A stretch of 64,000 nt of DNA, from assembly GCF_006345805.1 (NCBI RefSeq), contig NC_043017.1, positions 3,224,001-3,288,000 of the forward strand. Reading direction: 5' to 3'. A model generated the notes under the pieces. The model did no database searches and was not told the origin of the DNA. It saw only the letters and a program-made list of their open reading frames with translations. Below are positions 22,733 through 35,995 of the stretch, in pieces. A program made the translations under genes and the position numbers. Each line of letters begins with the position of its first letter. Positions within the stretch are counted from its first letter, which is position 1. The stretch is from Octopus sinensis (Eukaryota).

Positions 22733-25700
22733 AATCTAATTGCAAGGCTTTGGTCGGCCCGAAGCTATAGCAGAAGACACTTGCCCTTTGCCCTGGGTGC
22801 CACGCAGTAGGACTGAACCTTGAACCATGTGGTCGGAAGCACGCTTCTTACAACACAGCCACGCCTGCGCCTATTGGGGTAACACTATGCGTTTGTTTAT
22901 TTATTTTGATTATTTTGGCACATTTTATGAAGCTCAACTTCAATGATTTTCTGAAATGCCTTGGTGGAAATAATTCTTGATGCACAAATATTCCACATTT
23001 TGAACTCAGAACGTGACGGCAGACGAAATACCTATTTCTTTACTACCCACAAGGGGCTAAACACAGAGAGGACAAACAAGGACAGACAAACGGATTAAGT
23101 CGATTATGTCGACCCCAGTGCATAACTGGTACATATTTAATCGATCCCGAAAGGATGAAAGGCAAGTCGACCTCGGCGGAATTTGAACTCAGAACGTAGC
23201 GGCAGACGATATACCGCTTATCATTTCGTCCGGCGTGCTAACGATTTTGCCAGCTCGACGCCTTGTTGACACTTTGTATTTACTGCTCTGGATGACACCA
23301 ACATCAGCAACATCGTCAAACTAAAACACACTCACTTACGCATCACCACCACCACCACCACCGCCGCCGCCGCCGCCGCCATCACTGTCACCACCGCTGC
23401 CGCTACTACCACCGTCATTACTTCCAAAATCCCACTCACCCAACATTTCCTCTCTTGCCCACCACCCACTGTCTCTATCACAACTGCAACCGCAGTGACC
23501 ACAATAAACTGCTCTGACGACTAAACGCTGTCTATTTTAAGACTTTGAACCTGAATGTGAAAGACGTGGAACATTTTAATAAAGACCTTCCTTAACATTG
23601 AAACATCGCTGCTCTTTCTTTTAAAAAATAAACAATCACTTGATTACAAGTTAATGTGGTTTAGATGGTTTGAATAATCAACGAGAGAGCTTTCTACCTG
23701 CGTCGTTTGTTCAGCTAGAAATAACAGCCAAATCTCTTCCAAAACATCTTAAGAAAGTCTTTTCTTCCTCAGACGTCATAACACACTCTCATAATAATCC
23801 CCCTTGATTACAAGTTACGTTACTCTTTTACTTGTTTCAGTCATTTGACTATGGCCATGCTGGAGCACCGCTTTTTAGTCGAGCAAATCGACCCCAGGAT
23901 TTATTCTTTGTAAGCCTAGTATTATTCTATTCTATCGGTTTTTTTTCGCCGATCCGCTAAGTTACGGGGACGTAAACACACCACCATCGGTTGCCAAGCG
24001 ATGTTGGGGGGACAACACAGACACACCAACATAAACACACACATACACATATATATATACATACACATATACGACGGGCTTCTTTCAGTTTCCGTCTACC
24101 AAATCCACTCACAAGGCGTTGGTCGGCCCGAAGCTATAGTAGAAGACACTTGCTCGAGGTGCCACGCAGTGAGACTGAACCCGGAACCATGTGGTTGTAA
24201 GCAAGCTACTTACAACACAGCCACTCCGACACTCTTACAATACTAATGTCGACCTCGGCGGAATTTGAACTCAGAACGTAAAGACAGACAAAATACCTAT
24301 TTCTTTACTACCCACAAGGGGCTAAACACAGAGAGGACAAACAAGGACAGACAAACAGATTAAGTCGATTATATCGACCCCAGTGCGTAACTGGTACTTA
24401 TTTAATCGACTCCGAAAGGATGAAAGGCAAATCGACGTCGGCGGAATTTGAACTCAGAACGTAACGGCTGACGAAATACGGCAACGCATTTCGCCCGGCG
24501 TGCTAACGCTTCTGGCCAGCTCTCCGTCCTTTTCTTTGTTAAGTATTGTCCCTAACTTAGGCACAAGACTTAAAGATCGGAGAAAGGGATTATTAACCGA
24601 TCACAGTAGTGCAGTGTTTCACTGGTGGCAGGACAAGTAGTTCAAACATTGCTCCAGGAAATTCCAATAAAACAACATTTGAAAAGAATTGAAAATGGGA
24701 ACAGTTAAAGGTGACCATAACAAGCTTTGTGCCAACAACCACACTAAGTAAACAAAATGATCGGTTAATACAAACGTGTTGATGCGTGACTAACATTAAG
24801 AGCTTAAAATTTCATAATTATGCGCAGTGCCATATATGGTTTAGAGGAATGCAGTTCGAGGTGAGTCACTCGTAAAGCCAATTGCTTTTGAAATGCACAA
24901 GCAGTTTGACAAAGACTCGGACATTACCGTGACTTGCATGTTAACTATTGGGTAGTATGGAGGCTTTTTTAAAATGACATGATGTTTATAAAGGTAATTT
25001 TTACGGTTAAAAGAGATCGGGAAAATATTAATATTTTGCTTATTATATGTGGTACAAAGTGAAGGTGTGTGGCTTAGTGGTCAGGGTATTCGGCTCACGA
25101 TCGTCAAGATCATGAGTTCGATTCCCGGCGGCGCGTTGTGTCCTTGAGTAAGACACTTTATTTTACTGTGCTCCAGTCCACTCAACTGGCAAAAATGGGT
25201 ATACTTGTAATTCACAGGGCCAGCCTTGTCACATTAAGTGTCGCCCGCGAATCTCCCTGAGAACTACGCTAAGGGTAGGCGTGTCTGTGGAGTCCTCAGC
25301 CACTTGCACCTTCATTTCACGAGCAGGCTGCTCCGTTGATAGGATCGACTGGAACGCTCGTCGTCGTAACCGACTGAATGCCAGTTATGTGATACACAGG
25401 ACGTGTTGCCCTGACGTCCATCCATGGCATATGATATATGTATTCCCAATTTTTTGTCAAGTCCAGAGTAACTTGGCGTTTATGAAAGGAAAGCACTGTA
25501 TTACACAGAAAATCTGGAGGAATAACCGTAACAAAACAATGGAAGTTCAGTGATGTTGAATTATATGAACAATTAAATACGATGAAGTTTCTAACACTTT
25601 GACACACTGAAAATGTTATCTTTTATGTCTCAATACACAATCTAAGAAACATGGAAGCATACGACATCCTCCATCAGTATATGCCCCTTCTGATGAAGGA

Positions 25701-25995
25701 CCTATGAAGGAAATAAGCACTTGAAATACATAAAAATATTAAAAGTAAGATATAACCTAACTCTCTAAAAAGATTACCTTCTAGTGCCAAATAATCTACG
25801 TTTTGAGACTCAGGAGCGTTTTCAAACCCCCCAAAAAGTCGTATGTATGTCTCCTTGTTTCTTTCTGTGTTCCCTTCTGTGGAAGAGCGTAGGCTCGAAA
25901 CGTTAAATACTTTTTCACTTCCCGAGCGTTATACTAATACATCTGTTTGTTGTCTACACAACCTGTCTTCGTCTTTTGTTTTTTTTGTGAATTCT

Positions 25996-26032
<37 letters not shown>

Positions 26033-26036
26033 CACA

Positions 26037-26075
<39 letters not shown>

Positions 26076-26126
26076 GGTATGTAGAAAAATACAACATGGA
26101 CAAGAACGTATAACTCATAGAAGACG

Positions 26127-26182
<56 letters not shown>

Positions 26183-26751
26183 CACTGTTATCACCGTGAC
26201 CGACCAAGCTATCAGATGTTGCTACACATCGCTGGTCACAATGCGCCTCGCATTGTTTTAGCCTTCAAATGACGCCACCCCGCTGGCTAAGCGAGCAGGT
26301 TAACAGAAGAAAGAGTGAGAGAAAGTTGTGGCGAAAGAGTACAGCAGAGATCGCCACCCATCCCCTGCCGGAGCCTCGTGGAGCTTTTAGGTGTTTTCGC
26401 TCAATAAACACTCACAACGCCCGGTCTGGGAGTCGAATCCGCGATGCTACCGCGAGTCCCTGCCCTAACCACTGAGCCATTGCGCCTCCACACATGTATG
26501 TATGAACGTATGTATGTATATATATATATATATATATATATAAGAAATATTGAATTTCTAAATCTCTCGTAGAGACATGTACGGTGGTGGGGCGATAGAA
26601 TGGTTGTATACTGTCAATCTAACAAGAACGTGACAGTAGGGGGTGCGGTGGTGTACCCCCTACTGTCACGTTCTTGTTAGATTGACAGCATACAACCATT
26701 CTATATATATATATATATATATGAACAGAATAGATAGATAGATAGATAGAT

Positions 26752-26819
<68 letters not shown>

Positions 26820-27347
26820 TCGCTACTGATAGATACATAGAAAGAGACGGAGAAATCAGTGTTTATCGCAAGAGTTGATCTGATTGGGTGCGATTACTCA
26901 TGATGTCACCGGTGCCGTTAATCCCCCTGAATCTCTGCCAGACCATCCTTGTTAATGCTTTTCGTAATTATGTTTACTCATAAATCGTAATTTCTGCATC
27001 TCTCTAATGTTGTGACGTAAACAATACGCTAAGTTAAGACTGCACTTAAAATCACTGTGTCAAAATTCATGTCAGGGCAAGCAAATATTGGGGGCAAGTA
27101 CCGTTGCAGTGCGTTGCTGCATTCGTCATATGTTGGTATATTGCCAGGTCCTCTATGGCGGCGAAAGTTTTGTTTTCCCACGAGAGTTCCGGACCCCAGT
27201 TATGAACTCATTTTCATACAGCCAATCAGAGCTCAACTATCAAACAAATTTATGAGCGCATAACAAATGATGGGCGATGAGGTAAGGTCACTTGTGTAAG
27301 GAATGACCATGCTTCGTTTATCTTTTAAGAATGCTTGTTCTTGTTTC
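22733..27347 (+). repeat. Tandem segmental repeat, unit 3 (4615 bp), lacking the hammerhead array
   Basis: Collinear with unit 1; (TA)n joins directly to GAACAGAATAG at 26722/26723. Confidence 0.95.
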
Positions 27348-27784
27348 AACCGTGGCTGCCTCTGCGTAGTTATTTGTGTTGTTGTTTACTTCGTAACACA
27401 GTAAGGGGAGAGGGTTGCTAGCACATCACTTTCTGCCCACATTTTCCCCCATCCATATCCTTACCATATGGGGCCCAAACAAAATCCGATAATAGGTATA
27501 GATGCAAATCTATACTAATTACTTCTCAAATCAGGCAAAACTTGACGATCGGTCGACTTACAACACCGTTATTCGTCTTGAATTTACTTGGTAAAGTGTG
27601 TTTATTAACAAGGTCAACAAGCTGGGGTACCACTTTCAAGAGTTTACTAGAATGAATCAACCGGAGGGGTTTTTTATTCTGAAATCATGGTTCTTATTCT
27701 ATCGGTTTCTTTTGCTGAACTGCTAATTCACAAAAACGTAAACACTCCAACAACGGCTGTCAAACAATGGTGAGAGATAACACA

Positions 27785-27955
<171 letters not shown>

Positions 27956-28035
27956 TGGGGTTGATGCAACCGACTTACCCCTCCCATCCAAATTGCCGGC
28001 CTTGTGTCAAAATTTGAAATCATTATAATGTATAA

Positions 28036-28067
<32 letters not shown>

Positions 28068-28314
28068 ATGAATTGAAGGAAAGACTTAGGGACCGTGCCG
28101 AGGGTTTGCACCCGTTATCACGTGGCTGCAAAGGTAACCACACACCCATGCGAGGACTCTTTCTGTTTATGTTGTATGTCGCCTTTCCGTTTTGCCTCCG
28201 ACTCTCTCTATCCCTATCTATCTATCTCTCTCTCTCTCTCTCTTTTTTCCCTCTCTCTTCCTCTCTCTTCTTCTCTTTCCCTTTCTCTTTCTCTCTCTTT
28301 CTGTAGTAGTAGTA

Positions 28315-28351
<37 letters not shown>

Positions 28352-28699
28352 CTTCAGCAGTATTACCAGTGTAAAGAAAGGCGTCATCAAGCATGACCGC
28401 TTTGATTAAATGTCGTCTGGTCTTCCAGCATTTCTTCTCGCCCGTCGCCCTTATCGTACTTGATAGGAGACGAAATGTCAAATACGTTTATTCCAAACTT
28501 AGTTCAACCGATAAAAAGAAAATCTTGTTTATCGACTGAAACAGTTTTATTTAGAATGATGCATGTTGGCGTTTAACTGTTTTTTTTGCGTGGCCCCCGC
28601 ACGGAATCTCCGCTGTTTGTAGAAGTGGAGGACAACAGAGGGATCCTCCGTACCAGGCAATGGGAACCGCTGGCACGTATGTCAGCTGTGATAAAGGAT

Positions 28700-29030
28700 T
28701 AAGGGTAAAGACCTCCTTCGGTCATGAATGACCATGAGATTGCACTTTGAAAGTTACTCCACGAGGCACAAGTCCGGGCAAGGTCGTTTATAGAAAACCA
28801 GCAATCCCCGATGCATACCAGCCTCTCCTCTCCATGTCATCGATGTTATCCAAGGGAATGGCAAAGGGGCCGATACAGTTTGGCACCAGTGACGTCGCAG
28901 CTCATTTCTACAGCTGAGTGAACTGGAGCAACGTGAAATAAAGTGTCTCGCTCAAGAACACAACACACAGCCCAGTCCGGAAATCGAACTCGCTTCCTTA
29001 TGATTGTGAGTCCGATCCTCTAACGCTACG
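28700..29030 (-). mobile_element. SINE with CORE-like segment
   Basis: GAGTGAACTGGAGCAACGTGAAATAAAGTGTCTCGCTCAAG resembles the CORE-SINE domain; tail related to 59340-59450 in opposite orientation. Confidence 0.65.
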
Positions 29031-29127
29031 AGATTTTGGGTGACATGCGATGGGCTTTGAAACAAATTTTTCCCTGCAATATTGTCATAAAAGTTTTATC
29101 AATGTCCTTAGGCATGATAAGGTGCAT

Positions 29128-29240
29128 GTGGAGGCGTAATGGCCCAGTGGTTAGGGCAGCAGACTCGCGATCGGAGAATCGCGCTTTCGATTCCCAGACC
29201 GGGCGTTGTGCGTGTTTATTGAACGAAAACACCAAAAGTA
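29128..29240 (+). mobile_element. SINE family C head only
   Basis: GTGGAGGCGTAATGGCCCAGTGGTTAGGG...GAAAACACC followed by (CT)n. Confidence 0.85.
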
Positions 29241-29555
29241 GGGTAACTCTCTCTCTCTCTCTCCCTCTCTCTCCCTTTCTCTCTCTCTCTCTATCTCTTA
29301 ACTACATCAATAACCTATTACTTGAAGGACTGGGTGGAGTAAAACAGTAAAATTGTGAAGTGTGTGGGTTAATGGCGGTCTGATTCAGTTAACAAACAAC
29401 GAACGCTTTCATCTGTTAAGTAGACAGACGTGGTCGCACCATCTTTTTATAAACATAACAGAATGGGAATTGATGGTTTAGTAGCGAGAAAATCAATCGC
29501 AGTAGTTTGCAAGCTTCTTTTAAAAATGTACTCTTTTGTGTATTCCTGTCAGTGT

Positions 29556-29673
<118 letters not shown>

Positions 29674-29674
29674 A

Positions 29675-30226
29675 TTGGGTTGTCGATTTTTTAAAGGAAA
29701 GAAAATAGTCAATAAATACTTGCCATTACATTTTTAATCAACCAAATATGAACCATTTTGTTGCACAATGCGTGTCCATCTTTCTTTTTACTTGAAAATA
29801 CCCTCTTCTCAGAATTGAGGTTGTTTCATGGCAAAGAATTCATTAACGTATCTTTTTACGTCATCTGAGGAATTGAAATTTTTACCATTAAGACTATTCT
29901 GCAGAGACCTGAATAAGTGGAAATCCGAAGGAGCAATATCTGGTGAATATGGAGGGTGGGGTAACACATCCCAGCCGAGCTGCAGCAATTTTTGTCTGGT
30001 TCCCAAAGCATCAAGTGCCGAAAATGAACTTTCTTATCTTCGATTTTAAAGGGTTACAGAATTAACACAGGTTATAGGAACATAAACCTTCTTCCACAAA
30101 AAGATAGCTTAAACTGTGCTATAAATGGAGGAGTAGTCAAATCCTATTTCATGGACTCAACCATGTTCTAAAATAAGTCGAAAGGTAAGCTACTATAAAT
30201 CGGCACAAACTTTCCGGACAACCCAA
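29675..30226 (-). mobile_element. Internally deleted mariner element
   Basis: ORF 29809-30006 has WDVLPHPPYSPDIAPSDFHLFRSLQN; TIR TTGGGTTGTCCGGAAAG at the right end with TA; left TIR partly deleted. Confidence 0.9.
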
Positions 30227-30239
30227 TATTTATAATGTA

Positions 30240-30446
30240 TGTATAATGTATGTATGTATAAATTTGTGTCTGTGTTGTTGCTTGGCAACTGATACTGGTG
30301 TGTTTGCAAACGTAGTGGTTCGGCAAAAGAGAACGATAGAATAAGTACTAGGTTTACAACGAATAAATCCTGGGGTTGATTTGTTCGACTAAAGGTGGTG
30401 CTCCAGCATGGTCGCAGTCTAGAGACTGAAACAAGTAAAAGATTAA
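30240..30446 (+). mobile_element. SINE family A, 3' part
   Basis: GGTTCGGCAAAAGAG...GAAACAAGTAAAAGA. Confidence 0.75.
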
Positions 30447-31315
30447 CAGAAAAGTCTAAATACCCATAGGCATAATCCACACATCTCAATCTTAAACGGC
30501 AATCAACAAAACGGGCTTCATGTGGTCTTTCCTCTTGCTAAAAACATTAGCTAAGTTTCTCTCATTTCACACTTTACTGTTTTTAATAAAAACGAGGGAG
30601 AGGTATTGGATCGATTCTTGTTCACTCCACTTGCTGAAGATAGTAGCAAAGCCGCTCTCAAATCATACTCTATATTCCAGTCATCAGAAGGAAAAATATG
30701 CAATTTATTGGGTTTCTTCATGTTCATTTAACCTGTTAAAGATAGCAGCCAAATCTCTCTCACGTAATACTCGACTGTCATAAAAAAAAATGAAAAGTTA
30801 TACTTTCCGAAACGTCAAGATTTTTCTCATACCTTCACAGCAAACAAAATTACTATCATCTATAAAATCTGGTTCTATATTTAAGAGGACGGATATTTGT
30901 CCTCATCTTATTTGTTGTTAACATCTATAAAAGCCCTTGAATATTGTCACTACTATTTCAGACAGAGACCATCACCACTGAATGTCTGCTTTCAACCATG
31001 TAGTTTCGGATTCAGCCCCAATGATCAGTAACTTCAGTAGGTGTCTTCTACTATAGCCCTTGGCCGTCCAATGCCTTGTGAGTGAATTTTGTAGACGGAA
31101 GCCATGTATGTGGTCTGCCACGATCCTTGTCAGAGAGCAACTTATCTGATTCCAAGAGAGAAAGCAGGGAAAATACGTTATCCAGTACTTAAGCGGAGAG
31201 CAATGTTGAAGTAGATGGGATTTGAACTCAGAACGCCAAGAGCAGGAACAAAAACAGATTCTCTAACGACTCCGCCAATTCATAATAGCTCCACCATCTC
31301 TAATATATTTATATA

Positions 31316-31698
31316 TCTTTATATATAAAAATGAAGTTGTGTGTCTGTCTCCTACGATTTAGATTCCTAACTACTCCCACATTTTGCGGTGCAGTTTAAC
31401 CAAAACCGGGTATCTTATAGTCGTGATTCATATCAAGCCCTTCTGGGTATTAGCGCGCGTCTACGATTTAAAAAAAAATTTACCATCATTTTTTCCCATT
31501 TTTAATGCATTTTTTCGCTATTATATAAGGGAAGTAACTCTCTAAAAATGTCTACGATGAGTCAACGATTTAAAAAAAATTTACCATATTTTGCTATTTT
31601 TAATGCATTTTTTAGCTATTTTTTGGCTATAACTCTCTAAAAATGCTTATATAGTTATTTCCCTTACAAACCCGAGCAACGCCGGGCGATACTGCTAG
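31316..31698 (+). mobile_element. Non-autonomous Helitron
   Basis: A|TC 5' end, subterminal hairpin CCCG AGCAACGC CGGG, CTAG|T 3' end; internal short duplication GTCTACGAT...TTTAAAAAAAA. Confidence 0.8.
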
Positions 31699-32543
31699 TT
31701 GTTAATAAAAAAAAACTAATCAAATTTGCATCAGCAAACACCAAGTACAAAACCTACGTAACATGGAATAAACTATTTTGCCATAAAGAGCAAAGACCTT
31801 TGCATAAAAGAGACGAAATGTTACGTATTATTTATAATTATCACAGTTAAGAATACGTTTTATATAAAATACATTAGCGTCAAATGTAAGAGAACCGATA
31901 ATTTACATATACTTAAAAAGTTCACACAATATGTCATCTTTGAAACTACAGCTATTTCAGCTCGTCAGACAGCACGGATAATGCGTTAGATGCCATAAAC
32001 TTATTTTTGGACCGCGTTGAAAAAGACAAGTACTTCAATTGTTATATAATGGTATAAAAGCATTGTGAAGAGAATGAGAAAGTGTGAATCAATAAAAAAG
32101 GTCAAACAATTTATACTGAAGCAAGAAACCATAAAATATGTTAAGTTTTCTCAGAACTTCGTGCTTTTTTTTTGCTTTTTTCTATAGAATTCTAAATGTT
32201 TTTGTAGTACTTGAGAGGCACGTGCTACTAATTTAAAAATAGACCCTGGTTGTGTTCACGTCAGTTTTTGTGTTAATTAATTAGATAATTAATGCAATAA
32301 TTACTGAATTCATTAGTCAGTGCATTAATACGGATGTCAAAATTGTTTTGTCGGAATCTGTGACCTATTTGATGATAATGTGCCCGCTCCCCCTTTTCTC
32401 CATTCTATGACATGAAGACGGTACCAGACATGAAGTGCGTAACAGCGAGGAGAAGTATTCCTAGTTCTAATGTTGTAGACCCAAGGAACTAGCAATCATC
32501 TCGTGGGGAGTCGGTGTTCTTAAGTACTGTAGGAGTTGTTATC

Positions 32544-32935
32544 TAGGCGCAGGAGTAGCTGTGTGATAAGTAGCTTGCTTACCAACCACATGGTTCCGGG
32601 TTCAGTCCCACTGCGTGGCATCTTGGGCAAGTGTCTTCTACTATAGCCTCGGGCCGACCAATGCCTTGTGAGTGGATTTGGTAGACGGAAACTGAAAGAA
32701 GCCTGTCGTATATATGTATATATGTGTGTGTATATGTTTGTGTGTCTGTGTTTGTCCCCCTAGCATTGCTTGACAACCGATGCTGGTGTGTTTATGTCTC
32801 CGTAACTTAGCGGTTCGGCAAAAGAGACCGATAAAATAAGTACTGGGCTTACAAAGAATAAGTCCCGGGTTGATTTGCTCGATTAAAGGCGGTGCTCCAG
32901 CATGGCCGCAGTCAAATGACTGAAACAAGTAAAGA
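32544..32935 (+). mobile_element. SINE family A
   Basis: Full-length forward copy. Confidence 0.9.
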
Positions 32936-33259
32936 AAGGTCTGTGTGATATCTGCTCTTGTAGGGTGCCTCAGACTTTTCCCTACAATGTTGTAGAAAGG
33001 AATAAAACGGCTGAACAAATAACAATAATAGTTTATTATTTTCACAGAAGAAGATTCTTCATCGCTGGTCATCGGTAGCATGAACGTCTGGGTTAGGAAA
33101 GGCATCAGAGTAGGGATTAAACCACCATGGTTAAAACATTCTTCACTGCCCGCGGAGTCTGGTTCGCCCCTTCGAGTGCGGAGCCTTGGCGGGACACGTC
33201 TTAATACATCGACCACCAAAAGCCAAGAGACTCGGAATAGCGCTCCTATTACTAACTGC

Positions 33260-33360
33260 TCCTGATTACTGCGCATGCCATCAGGGGACTTCCGGCGGTC
33301 TACCGGAAGACACCAAACATTGCACATGCGCAGGTGGACATCCCAAAATGGCGTCTAAAA
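33260..33360. promoter_or_regulatory. Promoter-like motif cluster (NRF1, ETS/GABP, YY1-like) in CpG-rich patch
   Basis: TGCGCATGC 33270, ACTTCCGG 33288, CCGGAAG 33303, TGCACATGCGCA 33321, AAAATGGCG 33345. Confidence 0.45.
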
Positions 33361-33476
33361 CCTGGCGTCACTACAGTATCATGAAATACAGGCTAGAAGC
33401 AATTCCCTTACAGTAATGTCGCTTGTGACCTACTTCCAGGTGTTGGTTAATTACATTAGGGTTAAGTCAATCGTGC

Positions 33477-33795
33477 GCGTGGCTTAGTGGTTAGGGCATT
33501 CGGCTCATGATCGTAAGGTTGTGAGTTCGATTCCCGGCGACGCGTTGTGTCCTTGAGCAAGACACTTTATTTCACGTTGCTCCAGTCCACTCAGCTGGCA
33601 AAAATGAGTTGTACTTGTATTTTCAAAGGGCCAGCCTTGTCACTCTCTGTGTCACGCTGATTATCCCCGAGAACTACGTTAAGGGTACACGTGTCTGTGG
33701 AATGCTCAGCCATTTGCACGTTAATTTCACGAGCAAGCTGTTCCGTTGATCGTATCACCTGGGACCCTCGTCGTCGTAACCGGCGGAGTCTTTAA
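33477..33795 (+). mobile_element. SINE family D with 14-bp target-site duplication
   Basis: TAAGTCAATCGTGC at 33463-33476 and 33796-33809. Confidence 0.9.
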
Positions 33796-34067
33796 TAAGT
33801 CAATCGTGCATGGCCTTGGACCAGCTTATGTACCAAACACTATTATCTACGGCAATTAAGTTGGATTCCCCTTCGGGTATTTTTTCTTTGGTGGAAACTA
33901 AAGGAATGAATAAGCCTTTTAAAAGTACATTGGAATTAGGCGTAGCTGTGTGGTAAGAAGCTTGTTTCCCAACCACATGGTTTCGAGTTCAGTCCTACTG
34001 CGTGGCGCCATGGGCAAGTGTCTTCCATCATAGCCTCGGTCCGACCAAAACCTTGTGAGTAGATTTA

Positions 34068-34111
<44 letters not shown>

Positions 34112-34150
34112 GTATCACTACAAAATATATAATAATATGAATATATAATA

Positions 34151-34379
34151 ATATAAATATAATTGTAGTAAGGGCACTAATAAGTAGCCCCACATGCTAG
34201 AAATAGACATCAAATGGCTCTAAGAACTACATTACTTGCCACATTGGTACAAGCTAAAAGCGAGGAAAATGAACAAAAAAGAACAATGTAGGAAATAAAG
34301 TAGTTCTTAGAGCCCTTTGGCGTCTATTTCTAGCATGTGGAGCTACTCATTAGTGCCCTTACTATAATTATATTTATAT
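34151..34379. repeat. 80-bp inverted repeat with 69-bp spacer
   Basis: 34151-34230 pairs with 34300-34379, with a few mismatches. Confidence 0.9.
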
Positions 34380-34680
34380 AATTATATATTTTGTATTAAC
34401 TGTTACCCATATGGTTTATTACATGATGGCTACTTCATAAAATCTAATACAGATTTCATCCTTGGTTATAAAGATAAGTATGGCCGCTGTTTGGCTGTTG
34501 TGTGCATGTTCACATGTCCGAGATAGGTAGCTTCACGCTAGGTAGATAGAGTACTGTCGTTCATGCAGTGCCGGGGAAAGGCGTGCTTCTTTTTGACTCC
34601 GCGTATGTTGCGATTAAAGACGTGTTTATGTTCTTGATGTGATAAAGTGTGGAATTCAATTATTATCCTGCTTCCAGCTT

Positions 34681-35439
34681 CAGTGTTGCTGCCAGGATTT
34701 GAAAAACTGAGCAGATTTCCCCCGCCCTTTATTTTGTGATTTATGGGAAATTTTTGAAAAACAAGGGGTAATTCACGGCGATGTCCAATGAACAAATTAA
34801 ACACACTACCCGGCAGTGGCTAAAACTTGAACCGATCAAGTATATATATAAATATTCTTTTTATGTTTGTTTCCTTTTAGACAATATTAAAACAACGGCT
34901 AAAAATCTTCTCAAGCAGCGCCCCCACTGATTTTATCTACGAGCCGCGACTGGTTTTTACGGTGGGGTTTTCCATTTCTTTTCTTTTCTTTTTTTTCACA
35001 CTGCAACTCCGCTGAAGAGCCTTTGTCTGACAGAAATTAAATGTTAACGTATTGTTATTAATAGTTATAAAAGTTAAGCGCATTGTTTATGCCAATCACA
35101 CGATTGTTAGAAGTATGAGAACCGGTAATGACAAATAATGTGTGTCAACATAATCTGAAGAGAATGATAAAAGAAAACATCCTTGAATCTATTCGTCTCA
35201 GTCGATTTACACAGATTTATCAATTAAACCTGTTTCTCAACTTTGTTGTTGAAACTAAAAAGAGATGATGTTATGTATTACTAAAAAATAAATGATAATC
35301 AGTGAATTTGTAAAACGATAAATAATTAACTTCGAGAGTCGTTAAAATATTTTATTTTTCTCAGGGTTTTTGTGCATATTTTTACGAAATTCTAAACAAT
35401 CTGCTCAGTTATTGAGATTCTGCATTATTTGAGCGACTG
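34681..35439. mobile_element. Possible old non-autonomous DNA transposon
   Basis: Degenerate TIRs CAGT...AACTGAGCAGATT and AATCTGCTCAGTT...ACTG; no TSD seen. Confidence 0.35.
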
Positions 35440-35479
35440 TTTCTAAATGCCTTTTAATTCTCGCTTCAGAAAATCACCT

Positions 35480-35995
35480 GGCGAGCTGGCAGAAACGTTA
35501 GCACGCCGGGCGAAATGCTAAGCGGTATTTCGTCTGCCGTCACGTTCCGAGTTCAAATTCCGCCGAGGTCGACTTTGCCTTTCATCCTTTCGGGGTCGAT
35601 TAAATAAGTACCAGTTATGCACTGGGGTCGATATAATCGACTTAATCCGTTTGTCTGTCCTTGTTTGTCCCTTCTATGTTTAGCCCCTTGTGGGTAGTAA
35701 AGAAATAGGTATTTCGTCTGCTGTCACGTTCTGTGTTCAAATTCCGCCGAGGTCGACTTTGCCTTTCATCCTTTCGGGGTCGATTAAATAAGTACCAGTT
35801 ACGCATTGGAGTCGATATAATCGACTTAATCCATTTGTCTGTCCTTGTTTGTCCTCTCTGTGTTTAGCCCCTTTGTGGGTAGTAAAGAAATAGGTATTTC
35901 GTCTGCCGCTACGTTCTGAGTTCAAATTCCGCCGAGGTCGACTTTGCCTTTCATCCTTTCGGGGTCGATTAAATAAGTATCAGTTACGCACTGGC
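35480..35995 (+). mobile_element. SINE family B with ~184-bp tandem repeats
   Basis: TATTTCGTCTG at 35526, 35710 and 35895. Confidence 0.9.

Noticed and set aside
28392-28520. Minus-strand exon-like frame FGINVFDISSPIKYDKGDGREEMLEDQTTFNQSGHA*
   Set aside because: Short, no recognised homology, and only a weak acceptor.
32641-33327. 228-aa minus-strand ORF
   Set aside because: About half is antisense SINE A; the rest has no recognisable motif.
34912-34930. CTCF-like site CAGCGCCCCCACTGA
   Set aside because: Needs an indel to fit the consensus; too weak.
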